A stretch of 64,000 nt of DNA from Octopus bimaculoides (taxonomy: Eukaryota). This document shows, piece after piece, positions 34,994-48,294 of this stretch. Position numbers and translations under genes: made by a program. Position 1 is the first letter of the stretch. The number at the start of each line of letters is the position of its first letter. The notes under the pieces were generated by a model. It did not search any database and was not told the origin of the DNA. It worked only from the letters and a program-made list of their open reading frames with translations. The DNA lies in assembly GCF_001194135.2 (NCBI RefSeq), contig NC_069009.1, positions 8,708,392-8,772,391 on the forward strand, given 5' to 3'.

Positions 34994-36226
34994 GTGGTAA
35001 GCTCTCCAGGTCGTCGGCCCTTGAAGACCTCACACCCATAACACTGAGTGGGGTATCGGCCCTCTGTTCATCATCATACACAGACCCTTCTTCAGCTTCT
35101 GACACAAGACGTCGGCCTTTTGTAGTGATACGAGGGGACTTTGGTCCTCGCTTGCGTAAGCTGCTAAGTCCTGCATCTTTGTTGCGAGATGCAGATCCTT
35201 GCTGTTGCTGGGCCTGGTGCTTTGATTTGCTTGCGGGACTGCGATGTCGATTGGGTCGGAGGGAGTGGACTGTGCTAGTACTAGAATTTGTACTTCTTAT
35301 GAAAGGAGGAGGGTCATCATTTGTGAGATCAGTTCGGTCAAAGTCTTCAATCTCAACATCTGCTTTCGGTTTACTTGCCTGAATTTTGATTGGGACAACC
35401 TCTGTTGCCAACCCCCCAACCACATCTGGCTTCAGAACCTGGATTCCAGGATCACCGTCTTCATCTCGTACCTGACCCCCATGAAGCAGTTCCCTCTCCA
35501 ATAGGTTGATGTCATCGGAGGTTGCAGACGTGCGTACAGGCACACGCCGTATTCCTGCATGGGTTGAGTTCATGGTTCGCATCTTGGGCACCGGTGCCGA
35601 GATGACTGGTAGTGGTGGTGGTGGAGTGGGAGGTGTGTCATCATTGCCACCACTCCCACCTCCACCATTGTTGGTGCTGGAGAGACGATGGGCTCGCTTC
35701 TCTGCCTCATTCTCTGTTGATTGATACGATGCCTGGAACTTCAGGTTACTCTGCAGAGCTTCAATCATAGGGGACCGAGGCTCATCTCCACTTCCTCCAC
35801 CCCGGCTTTTGTTTGATGTATCAAAACTGAATTCACTTGATTTTGTTGGAGTCGTTGCAAAAGCATCAACGACCAATGGCTTCTCACCATTCCTGACCCC
35901 AAGCCCATCTCTGTTCTTCTCTTCCTTGCTGTCGCTGAACTTTTCGACAACATCGGTATAGCGCAGTGAAGGACTCATGCCAACCCCACCCACAGGGCTT
36001 CCATTCTTCTCCATGTTGTTGATATAGCACTTATCCATGTCGGAGGAGTCGCCATCTCGGAGGACCGGATCAGCGTGACCCCCTCTCAGATAGCTGTTCC
36101 GCTGGTAGCAACAGATGCCAATGACAGCCAGGAGGAGGATCAGCAGAATGACTCCACACACAGACCCAACAATGACGCCAATCAGGGCAGGGTTTGAAAC
36201 CGAATCATCTCTTGGTCCTGGGTCAT
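34994..36226 (-). CDS. Exon of the same gene: transmembrane helix plus first half of the cytoplasmic tail
   Basis: Acceptor ttcttctcttacag|AT (phase 1) and donor CCA C|gtgagt (phase 1); 1233 nt, fully open. TM is ALIGVIVGSVCGVILLILLLAVIGICC followed by YQR. GC content is clearly higher than the flanking DNA. Confidence 0.9.
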
Positions 36227-37439
36227 CTGTAAGAGAAGAAGAATTAGAAGACAATCATGTCTGGGTGAAATTTGGGGCAAACCAACATATTTTTTACTTC
36301 CTGTTTGTTCAAGTCATTAGACTGCAGTCATGCTGGAGCATCACCTTGAAGAATTTTTAGTTGAATGAATCAATTCCAGAACTTATTTTCTTTTTAAACC
36401 TGGTACTTATTCTACTGGGTTTTTTTAGCCACACCACTAGGTTACGGGGATGTAAACACAGCAACACTGGTTGTCTAGCAGTAGTGATGGAGACTAAGAC
36501 AGACACAAAAGATACATACACATATCTATCTAGACATACATATATGATGGACTTCTTCCAGTTCCTGTCTCCCAAATCTACTTAAAAAGCTTTAATCAGC
36601 TCAAGGCTTATAGTAGAAAGATACTTGCTCAACGTGCCACACAGTGGAATCGAACCTAGAACCATGTGGTTATGAAGCAAGCTTCTTACTATGCAGTCAT
36701 GCCTGTGAGGTGGATGATGATGATGATGATGAGTAATCCACTCCAACAGATTCAAATGCCATATATGCTAGTTGCATTTGCATGTGTCACAGGAAAGCAA
36801 TTTCTCCCTTTTACATCAAGGAGTGTGTATGTGTGTGTGTTTATAATACAGTCTTGCTGGCGAGACATTTGTCAAAACACTACTATCGCAGAATTCCTTG
36901 CTCCAATATGAGTGTTTTGAACATGTTGTAAATGAGAGAAGCTGTCCTTTTGTGACCTACACACTAGCAACCAGCATATTTTGCATTTGGGTCTGCTGGA
37001 GCATATTAAGAATAAATATGTAAGATTAGGTTGAGGCATGGCTGTGTAGTAAGAAGCCTGTTTGAGTGGATTTGGTAGACAGAAACTGAAAGAAATTCAT
37101 TGTGCGCGTGTGTGTGTGTGTCTGTGTTTGTTGCCCACCACTGCTTGACAACTGGTGTTGGTATGTTTATGTCCCTGTAACAGTGGTTCAGCAAAAGAGA
37201 CCAATAGAATAAGTACTAGGCTTTAAAAAAAGTACTGGGGGTCGATTCATTGTAAAGTCCTGGTAAAAATGAACAAAACACAGGAAAAAAAGCTGCAGCT
37301 TATTCTGTCCATTAGTTTGCCTGCAATTATTACTCAAGCAGTATATGCAACTATTATTTTTGTTAAGCAAGCATTATTTTTGACAGAATAATGTGAATGC
37401 TAAAGAGTTACCAACAAGCAGTTTTATCAAGATCTACCC

Positions 37440-37720
37440 AAAGTGACTGAGAAGATACAGCAGAGAAGAATGAGAATTGTTGGTCATTGCATTAGGCACC
37501 CTGAAGAACCTCTGTGTCAACTGGTTTTATGGCCGTCAATTGAAGGAAGAATCAACAGGGGAAGAAGACGTCTAACCTATATGGACAACTTGCTTCTGGA
37601 CAGTGGAATGGCAAATGTTGATGAATTAAAAATATACAGGGGCAGGGGACGGGCATGATGGATGGTGTGCTCACAGGCAATCATTGAAGCATCTGGGAGG
37701 ACAACCAAACTAAACTATTT
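37440..37720 (+). mobile_element. RTE-like LINE 3' fragment
   Basis: QRRMRIVGHCIRHPEE...VLWPSIEGRINRGRRRLTYMDNL resembles the RTE ORF C-terminus. Confidence 0.65.
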
Positions 37721-38926
37721 GCATATGGGGCATCTACTGCAGTGCTCCACACAATGGTGAAAAGCACATAGAAACATTAAACTTTTTTTTTTTTTTTTCC
37801 ATATAGAAACATATAGACGCAGGTGTGGCTGTGTGATAAGAATGGGCACAGGTGTGACTGTGATAAGAACCACATGGCTCTGGGTTCAGTCCAACTGCGT
37901 GGCACCTTGGGGAAGTGTCTTTTACCTTACCTCAGATCGACCAAAGCCTTGTGAGTGAATTTGGTAGGTGGAAACTGAATGAAGCCTATTATGTATATAC
38001 ATGTGTATGTGTGTTACTGTCTGTGTTTATACCCCACCACTGCTTGACAACCAGAACTTAATAGAGTAAAAGGTGGACTTAAGAATTACATGGGTATTGT
38101 GTTCGTACTAATTTTTAATGTGTAATTGTTCTAGGAGTCATGTCTATTTAAAACACAATTAACAGGTAACAGTTAAGTGATGATATATATAACATAGAAA
38201 GATAGGTAACTTTCTCAATATAGATTAGTGTAAATGAGCTAGTTTTAAACTCCATATAAGAAGTAAGAATCAAGTGGGGTTGAAAATCCAAATAAGGGAG
38301 AACAGAATTTTTAAATACAGGAAACTGAAATTTATATTTGACCGTTAATAATCATTTCAGCTTTTTTTATAAATTAGAAAAAAATGTTTAAGAGCCCTCA
38401 TAAATGGTTAGTGGTATATAAACTTTNNNNNNNNNNNNNNNNNNNNNNNNNNNNNNNNNNNNNNNNNNNNNNNNNNNNNNNNNNNNNNNNNNNNNNNNNN
38501 NNNNNNNNNNNNNNNNNNNNGATACTAATAGGTGGTTAATATGACAATATAAGAAACGTATAAAAATTATAAGGGAAATAAATATATGAAGATTAGTGGG
38601 TATTTTACTTAGAATGTTCGCTGCTAAAACTATAAAACATCTATGGAATGGTATATAGAAAAAATATATCGAAAAGATTAGAGAATAATTTTAGAGAAAG
38701 TAAAAATTATTGAAATTTTACTAGTATAGGGCAGATAATAAATAAGGGTTAAAATGGTCTTGTTTATATTAGCTAGGAGATTGGAAAAAATTTAAATATT
38801 CACATTATATGGGTACTTTTACAAGTTTTAATTACAAAATAAATTTAATATCATATATACACAGTAAAATACATGTATACATGCATATATATACATATAT
38901 GGATACACACACACACACACACACAC

Positions 38927-38973
<47 letters not shown>

Positions 38974-39687
38974 NNNNNNNNNNNNNNNNNNNNNNNNNNN
39001 NNNNNNNNNNNNNNNNNNNNNNNNNNNNNNNNNNNNNNNNNNNNNNNNNNNNNNNNNNNNNNNNNNNNNNNNNNNNNNNNNNNNNNNNNNNNNNNNNNNN
39101 NNNNNNNNNNNNNNNNNNNNNNNNNNNNNNNNNNNNNNNNNNNNNNNNNNNNNNNNNNNNNNNNNNNNNNNNNNNNNNNNNNNNNNNNNNNNNNNNNNNN
39201 NNNNNNNNNNNNNNNNNNNNNNNNNNNNNNNNNNNNNNNNNNNNNNNNNNNNNNNNNNNNNNNNNNNNNNNNNNNNNNNNNNNNNNNNNNNNNNNNNNNN
39301 NNNNNNNNNNNNNNNNNNNNNNNNNNNNNNNNNNNNNNNNNNNNNNNNNNNNNNNNNNNNNNNNNNNNNNNNNNNNNNNNNNNNNNNNNNNNNNNNNNNN
39401 NNNNNNNNNNNNNNNNNNNNNNNNNNNNNNNNNNNNNNNNNNNNNNNNNNNNNNNNNNNNNNNNNNNNNNNNNNNNNNNNNNNNNNNNNNNNNNNNNNNN
39501 NNNNNNNNNNNNNNNNNNNNNNNNNNNNNNNNNNNNNNNNNNNNNNNNNNNNNNNNNNNNNNNNNNNNNNNNNNNNNNNNNNNNNNNNNNNNNNNNNNNN
39601 NNNNNNNNNNNNNNNNNNNNNNNNNNNNNNNNNNNNNNNNNNNNNNAATATATACCCACTCGTATGCCACCTACACTTTTTTATCTA

Positions 39688-39761
<74 letters not shown>

Positions 39762-40271
39762 CACAACCACACATAAACATACAGATATATATATACCAGT
39801 ACAAAAAAACTCATACACACGCCTAAGATTAAAATAACTTGATATATATACAGGTATGTATGGGTATATAATGATACGCTTATAATTAAAACTCGTAAAT
39901 GTACCCATCCATGCTCAGATCTTCCGTAATTGATTACTTTTCACATATGTACAGAAGTATTCCAGTTTATGATCTTCTATATATATACATATAATCTTTT
40001 TTATATAATTTTTAAATTTAATTTTATATATATATAGATATTTTTTTAGCAACCTAGATTGGTAACTATTTTTACAACTATTTCTTATTTTGCTTTTTTA
40101 TTTTTTATTCAAATGTTTATAATATATTTAAATAATTTTCAAATATTATAATTTTGATATATATTTTTCTATAATATATATTTGTTTTTTATACTCTAAT
40201 AAGGTATGTTTATATCTACATTGCCATATAAATTCAGGCATATGTATAAAAGTTATTTGTTGCTACAAAGG

Positions 40272-41700
40272 TAAAGGTGATGCATTAGATACAAATAATT
40301 ACAGAGGTATCAAGTTGTTGGATCAGGTAATGATGGTCATGGAGAGGGTCATAGCCCAACTAATTAGGGAGAGAGTCCGTCTGGATGAGATGCAGAAGTT
40401 CATGCCGGGGAAAAGCACCGCTGATGCTTTATTTCTGGTAACACAGCCGCAGGAGAAAGCTTTTGACAGGGTCCCCCGATCCCTTATCTGGTGGTCAATG
40501 AGGAAACTAGGGATAGATGAATGGTTAGTGAGAGCTGTACAAGCCATGTACAGGGACGCTGTCAGTNNNNNNNNNNATGGTTAGTGAGAGCTGTACAAGC
40601 CATGTACAGGGACGCTGTCAGTAAGGTGAGGGTTGGCAACGAGTACAGTGAAGAATTCCAGGTAGGGGTCCACCAAGGATCAGTCCTCAGCTCCATCCTA
40701 TTCATCATAGTCCTCCAGGCAATAACAGAGGAACTCAAGACAGGATGCCCCTGGGAGTTTCTCTATGCTGACGACCTTACTCTAATTGCTGAGTCACTAT
40801 CAGAACTAGAGAAATTTCAGGTGTGGAAGCAAGGTCTAGAATTGAAGGGCCTTAGAGTCAATCTAGCAAAAACCAAAGTCTTAATAAGAAGGAAGGTAGA
40901 TAAACCACAAATCTCTTAAGGTAAATGGCCCTCCGCAATCTGCAGAAAAGGTATAGGTAGAAACTCCATAAGATGTACCCAGTGAAAGCTGTGGACACAT
41001 AAGAGGTGCAGCAATATCAAAGGAAGGCTAACTGGGAAGATAGTTTTTGTGTGTAGCAAACACTTGGGTAATAAACACTGAAAATGTGCAGAAAACAGCT
41101 TCCATCACATTCCAGGGGAAAAAACTACAAGTAGTTGATAGCTTCTGTTACCTAGGTGACCAAGTCAGTAACTGGGGTGGATGCTCTGAGAGTGTGGCTG
41201 CTGGAATAAGAATAGCCTGGGCAAAGTTCAGAGAGCTCCTACCTCTGCTGGTGACAAAGTGCCTTTCGCTCAGAGTAAAAGGTAGATTGTATGACGCATG
41301 TGTGCGAACAGCCATGCTACGTGGCAGTAAAACATGGGCCATGACTGCTGAGGACAGATATAAGCTTGCAAGGAATGAAACTAGTATGCTCCGCTGGATG
41401 TGTAATGTCAGTGTGCATACTCGACAGAGTGTAAGTACCTTGAGAGAAAAGTTGAACCTAAGAAGCATCAGATGTGGTGTGCAGAGAGACGATATGCTGG
41501 TATGGTCATGTGTCGCGTATGGATGAGGACAGCTGTGTGAAAGTGCATAAGAGGGAAGCTGTTGAAGAGGTAGACCCAGGAAGGCCTGGTATGAGGTGGT
41601 GAAGCACAATCTTCAAATGTTGGGCATCACCGATGCGAAGACAAGATATGCTGTGCTTTAGAGACTGTAACCATGGCCTATGCCAGTGCAGCATAACCAT
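40272..41700 (+). mobile_element. RTE-clade LINE, 5'-truncated, RT region decayed
   Basis: NYRGIKLLDQVM, EKAFDRVPRSLIWW, VGVHQGSVLS, WEFLYADDL, VVDSFCYLGD, ACVRTAMLRGSKTW. Confidence 0.93.
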
Positions 41701-41984
41701 CCCATTTAAGAGGACCCTTCAATCATTGGGCAATAAACTGCACTTGTGAAGACCTGTTGAAGTAAGTGAAGTCGTTGTCATGACTGATGACAGTATCGCC
41801 TGAGTGGCATCGATGCCGGTGGCACGTAAAAAGTACCATTCGAGTGTGATTGTTGCCAGTGCCACCTGACTGGCTCCCATGCTGGTGGCATGTAAAAAGC
41901 ACCATTTGAATGTGGTCGATGCCAGTGCTGCCTGACTGGCCTTTGTGCTGGTGGCATGTAAAAACCACCTACTACACTCTCGGA

Positions 41985-42140
41985 GTGGTTGGCATTAGGA
42001 AGGGCATCCAGCTGTAGAAACACTGTCAGATCGAATTGGAGACTGGTACAGCCTTTTGGCTTGCCAGCTCTCAGTGAAACCATCCAGCTCATGCCAGCAT
42101 GGAAAGTGGATGTTAAACGACGACGACAACAATGATGATG
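41985..42140 (+). mobile_element. Short retroposon/RTE-type 3' tail ending in (GAT)n/(GAC)n
   Basis: ggagtggttggcattaggaagggcatccagctgtagaaac...catgccagcatgga...gttaaacgacgacgac. Copies at 12280-12500(-), 23000-23170(-) and 62055-62215(+). Confidence 0.7.
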
Positions 42141-43446
42141 CGTACATGGGTACAGGTGTATAAGAATGTCTCTTTGTTACCGTCGTCTATAGGGTGCATG
42201 TGTATTATATGTTTCGGTGTCTGATTACTTGTTTGTCCATAATTGTCAGTGTACACATTGTATATGGATATATACACTAGTATATACACGTAATTGTTGT
42301 TTTACCAGTTCAAAAATCGTGGTTTTTTTATATATGCATATATAGTTGTACCAGTATCTACATGCACAAACCTTTATATGTATAACTATACATGACACAA
42401 CAAAAATTTTGTTTTGAGTAGGCATATACATATAATGTGAATATTTTTAATTGTTCCAATCTCCTAGCAAATATAAACTAGACCATTTTTCCCCTTATTT
42501 CAATAATTTTTATTCTCTAATCTTTTCGATATATTTTTTTCTATATACCATTCCATAGATGTTTTATAGTTTTAGCAGCGAACATTCTAAGTAAAATACC
42601 CCCTAATCTTCATATATTTATTTCCCTTATAATTTTTATACGTTTCTTATATTGTCATATTAACCACCTATTAGTATCTAATTTTTACTACTTTAACTAT
42701 TTAAATTATCTCCTTCTATATTTCTGACATATTATTTACATAAACAAAGTTTATATACCACTAACCATTTATGAGGGCTCTTAAACATTTTTTCTAATTT
42801 ATAAAAAAGCTGAAATGATTATTAACGGTCAAATATAAATTTCAGTTTCCTGTATTTAAAAATTCTGTTCTCCCTTATTTGGGTTTTCAACCCCACTTGA
42901 TTCTTACTTCTTATATGGAGTTTAAAACTAGTTCATTTACACTAATCTATATTGAGAAAGTTACCTATCTTTCCATGTTATATATATCATCACTTAACTG
43001 TTACCTGTTAATTGTGTTTTAAATAGACATGACTCCTAGAACAATTACACATTAAAAATTAGTACGGACACAATACCCATGTAAATCTGAAGTCCACCTT
43101 TTTCTTTATTAAGTTCTTATTTTTTGTTATTGTGCTACCGATGAGTACTCTTTGACAACTCGGGTTCTTAGAATGAATTTATTGTCTTTCTGTACGAAAT
43201 GATTGTCTAGCGAATTGAATAAATATTTTATCCCATATTAACATCTCCTCCATTTATGCAAAATATAATAGAATTTGTTGAACTTTGTTCTGTAACTTAA
43301 ATGATATACTTAATATACTTATAAAACTTTTCATATCTACACCATTTTAAACCAGCAAATCCAAAGTAAAGTATGAAGAATCAATGTTAGAAATCTTTTG
43401 CAAACTACTCCAATTAAAGGATGAATCTTCATTCAACCGTTTTTTC

Positions 43447-43482
<36 letters not shown>

Positions 43483-43485
<3 letters not shown>

Positions 43486-45694
43486 TAGATCCTGCTTTAT
43501 AAATCCACTGATAATAAATCCACCCACTTAATATATCCAAAATGTGTTGGGGCAGTTTTTACACATAAAATCTCTCATTTAATAAATCCAATTGTCACTG
43601 CTCCTTCCTAAAGTTTCAACAAGTGGCAGCGAATGAATGAAGCGCTTCTTTTTTTCGCCCTTAAATACTGACAGGTAGGCTCCAGCAGCCATAGCCAAAA
43701 ATTGATCAATAAATAGGTAGAGTCTATCACACAAACCTGTCATTCAAGCGAAAAAGTAGGCTCCGAAACAGCTTTTGTCAAAATTACATGCCCTTCTCAT
43801 TCATTGGATGATGGTGTTTACCACGTGACAGCTGGTTGGTTGTGGTTGCTGGAGCCTACTGGTCAGTATTTAAGGGCGAAAGAAACACGTCATTCATCAT
43901 TCGTGCAGAGAGGCAGACATACACACAAGTTGTTCAAAACATTCAAAATGAAAAGAGAGAGGTAGGATAAATCCATGGCAGTAAAGATTCAATTGTTAAA
44001 ACGTTACAAAGCTCAGCGGGAAACAGCACAGAGTTTGGGAATTTCAAGAAGTCTCATCCAGAATTTCCTAAAGAATGAGGATGACCTTCATTCCAAAGAA
44101 CATGATGGCTGTTCATCAAAGAGAAAGCGCCAACAAGAGGGAAATAACCAACAAATAGACTGTACTCTCTAAGACTGGTTTCAATTTATTTGCATGTGAA
44201 ATGTCCCTGTCAATGGCCCGATCCTAATGCACAAAGTCAACACCATTGCTCAAGCTGCTGGACATGATTTTAAGGTTGGTTTTGCTGTTGGCAGAAAAGA
44301 TATAGAATCTCTTTTACGGTTCTAAAAGGTAAGCGTTGTCGTTCACTAGTTGACATTTTTCTCTTTAGAGAACACAAACTAAACATTTGATACTTTGCAG
44401 GTGATGCAGCTGAAGCTGACATCAACGGAGCCCATCAATTTCATGAGACAACCATGCAGCTTCTGTTGAAATCATATCAGCCACAGGACATCTACAATGC
44501 TGATGCAACTGGGATCCACTTTTGTGTATTACCAGGAAATACATATATCAACGAGAGTTGCAAGAAGATTGTGAGAGGCTTTAAGATGGCAAAGGACTGT
44601 GTGACCTTGATTGTGGCTTGCAAACATGAATGGAGACAAAGAAGACTTGCTCTTAATCAGAAAGGATGGTTGACCAAGATGCTTCAAAAATGTCAAAACT
44701 TTTCCAATTTAGTATAACTTTTCAACCAACGCTTGGATGACAGAAAAAAAATCTATGGGAGATGGCTCAGATCTTGGGATCATCATTTGCAGGAATCTAG
44801 AAGACAAATGGTGATCCTACTTGACAATTGCTCTTCTCCTGTAGTCATCGACGATCTCAAGAATATCACTATAAAATTTCTTCCACCCAACACAATGTCA
44901 GTGCTGCAGCCCTGTGACACGGGGATAATCAACACCTTGAAAGCCTATTTCAGACATAAAATGTGTGAGAAGATCATTGATGAGATCGAAGACACTGAAC
45001 GTGACATTTTTGCCCAAGAAGTTGCAAAGTGGATCACCATTTTGGATGCTATGTACATGTTAAGCGTAGCTTGGAAGAAGGTCTCTAGCCAGACAATCAA
45101 ATATTGTTGGATCAAAGATGGTTTTGTTTCGGCTGAAGAATCAAATGAAGTCATAGATGTTAATGAAGATTTGATCCTGCCTTTACCGCCAACTGGATTG
45201 ACCAAAAAGCATTTCAAGAACTTGTTGTCCGTAGATGATGGAGCTGTTGTTGCTCCAGAGATCATCATTGAAGAAGAAAAACTAGATGAGATCATTCATG
45301 ACATTCAGCAATCTGAGAAGAAAACCGAAGGAGATGAAGATTCTGACTTTGATGTTGATGAAGAGTTCCGGAGCCTCAAACACCAGCTGAAATGAGACAC
45401 TCTCTAACTCAATTAGAAAGTGGCCTCGAAAGTTTTGATTTCAGTGACATGAATCTTTTTATAACTTTTAAGGAAAAAAAATCAATGCAGAGTTGCGATC
45501 AATGTGTCCAGCAAAGTAAACCACACTTGACAAATTTTTCATTCAATGATACTGTATATAATGTTTCTATTTGTGTAATTGCATACGTATGTATTTTAAT
45601 AAATACACAAGTTTAATCAATTGGAGAATTTTGTTCCCTCCGTTAATAAATCCCAAATAGGCAGTCCCAAGATGGGTTTATAAAGCAGGGTCCA

Positions 45695-45697
<3 letters not shown>
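43483..45697 (+). mobile_element. Tigger/pogo-like DNA transposon (~2.2 kb) with a frameshifted transposase
   Basis: TIRs TA|CAGTAGATCCTGCTTTATAAATCCA and TA|CAGTGGACCCTGCTTTATAAACCCA, inside (TA)n tracts. CENP-B-like HTH 43975-44172, YQPQDIYNADATG, VILLDNCSSP, FLPPNTMSVLQPCDTGII. Confidence 0.93.
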
Positions 45698-45732
<35 letters not shown>

Positions 45733-45851
45733 TAACTTATATACATGTATACACACACAATCATACATATATGTTATACACACATACACTCACACATATA
45801 CACATGCAATTACAAATACGACTTGAAAGGAAGATAAGTGAAGAGACATAC

Positions 45852-45981
45852 TGCTTTGATATGTGGTTAATAAAATGGTTCCACCATAGTTTACAGCGTG
45901 CAAGGGTCGGCTGAGTTCAATGTCCACTTCTCGTGTTGAGAGCTTGGCATCATTTAGCTTAGCATTACACCGATAATTGTT
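45852..45981 (-). CDS. Exon of the same gene: C-terminal half of the CUB-like domain (not in the ORF track)
   Basis: Acceptor gtgatttcag|AAC (phase 0) and donor AGC A|gtatgt (phase 1); 130 nt. Translates NNYRCNAKLNDAKLSTREVDIELSRPLHAVNYGGTILLTTYQS, supplying the fourth Cys and CUB-like terminal strands. Phases match both neighbouring exons. Confidence 0.8.
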
Positions 45982-47308
45982 CTGAAATCACAACAATAAT
46001 AATAATAGTAATAGTTCTTTCTACTAAAGGCACTAGTCAATTACATCGACCCCCACTATTTCACTGATACTTAATTTATCAACCCTGGCAGAATTTGAAC
46101 TCAGAATGTGAAGATGGATGAAATGGCGCTGAGCTAATGAATCTGCCAGCTTGCTGTCTTAATAATGATAAAAAGAATAGACAATCTGAAGACCGCAATG
46201 CAATTTGTAGTGCAGATTGTTTATTTAATGGATCGAGCAATATTTCAACAGATTGTCTATCTTCTTTGGGTTGAAAATGTAAATAGAGAAAAAACAGAAA
46301 AACACAGAAATTCAAAATATAAACGAGGAAATCCTGCATTCCTTTTTAGATAAAATGACATCAGTTTTCACTTTCATAACAGGTAACAATAATAATAATA
46401 ATAAAAATGGTTTTAAATTTTGGTACAAAGCAGCAATTTCAGGGAGGGGTTAAGTTGATTACATTGACCCCAGCGTTCAACTGGTTCTTATTTTATCAAC
46501 CCTGAAAGGATGAAAGGCAAAGTTAACCTCGATGGAATTTGAATGCAGAAGATAAGGATGGATGAAATGCCACTAAGCATTTTGTCCAGCACGCTAACAG
46601 TTTAGCCAGCTCACAACCTTAAATAATAATAATAATAATAATAATAATGATGATGATGGACTCTTTTGTCAAAGACAACATATGAGTGTTCAACTTTTGC
46701 TGAATGACCTGCACAAATGATTTGTTGATAGTGATTAAACGTATGCACCATACATTAGCTCACTCGCTCTATCAAATGGACATTGCCTGAACCGGTGCAT
46801 GGTGTACCATGAATCAAGTGTGAAAGTAGAGCAACACGAAATGAGATGTTTTGCTCAAGAACACAATACACCACACAGGTAGAACCTAAAAACCACAATC
46901 TTGTGGTTGTGAGTGCAACACCCTAACCGCTAAGTCATGCACCCTCATGAATAATAATAATAATAATCCTTTTTACTATAGGCACAAGGCCTGAAATTTT
47001 GGGGCAGGGGGCTAGTCAATTACACCAACCCCAGTGCTTGGCTGGTATTTATTTCATCGACCCCAAAAGAGTGAAAGGCAAAGTCAACCTTGGCAGAATT
47101 TGAACTCAGACACAAAGACACACACACATATATATGTTAGGCTTCTTTCAGTTTCCCTCTACCAAATCCACTCACAAGGCTTTGGTTAGCCTCAGGCTAC
47201 AGTAAAAGACGCTTGCCCAAGGTGTCACACAGTGGGACTGAACCCAGAACCATGTGGTTGGGAAGCAAGGTCCTTACCACATACCTAAGCTTGCACCTTT
47301 ATACATTT

Positions 47309-48250
<942 letters not shown>

Positions 48251-48294
48251 GCATGGAAAGCGGACGTTAAACGATGATGATGATGATGATGATA

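Larger units (their letters stand above)
38053..43117. repeat. Large inverted repeat: arms 38053-38811 and 42429-43117
   Basis: Reverse complement of 42760-43090 matches 38081-38426 with about 8 differences counted by eye; the match continues past the N gap with two short indels. Confidence 0.95.

Noticed and set aside
38053-38811. Very AT-rich inverted-repeat arm as a mitochondrial insertion (NUMT)
   Set aside because: No mitochondrial gene, tRNA or rRNA motif was recognised; the frames I checked were stop-rich.
1219-39837. Long ORFs full of X (e.g. 1219-2160, 8714-9232, 26280-26819, 30309-31021, 38809-39837)
   Set aside because: They are open only because they cross assembly N gaps.
40517-40626. 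Direct duplications flanking tiny gaps (also 25577-25672)
   Set aside because: Identical sequence on both sides of ~10-N gaps indicates unmerged contig overlaps.
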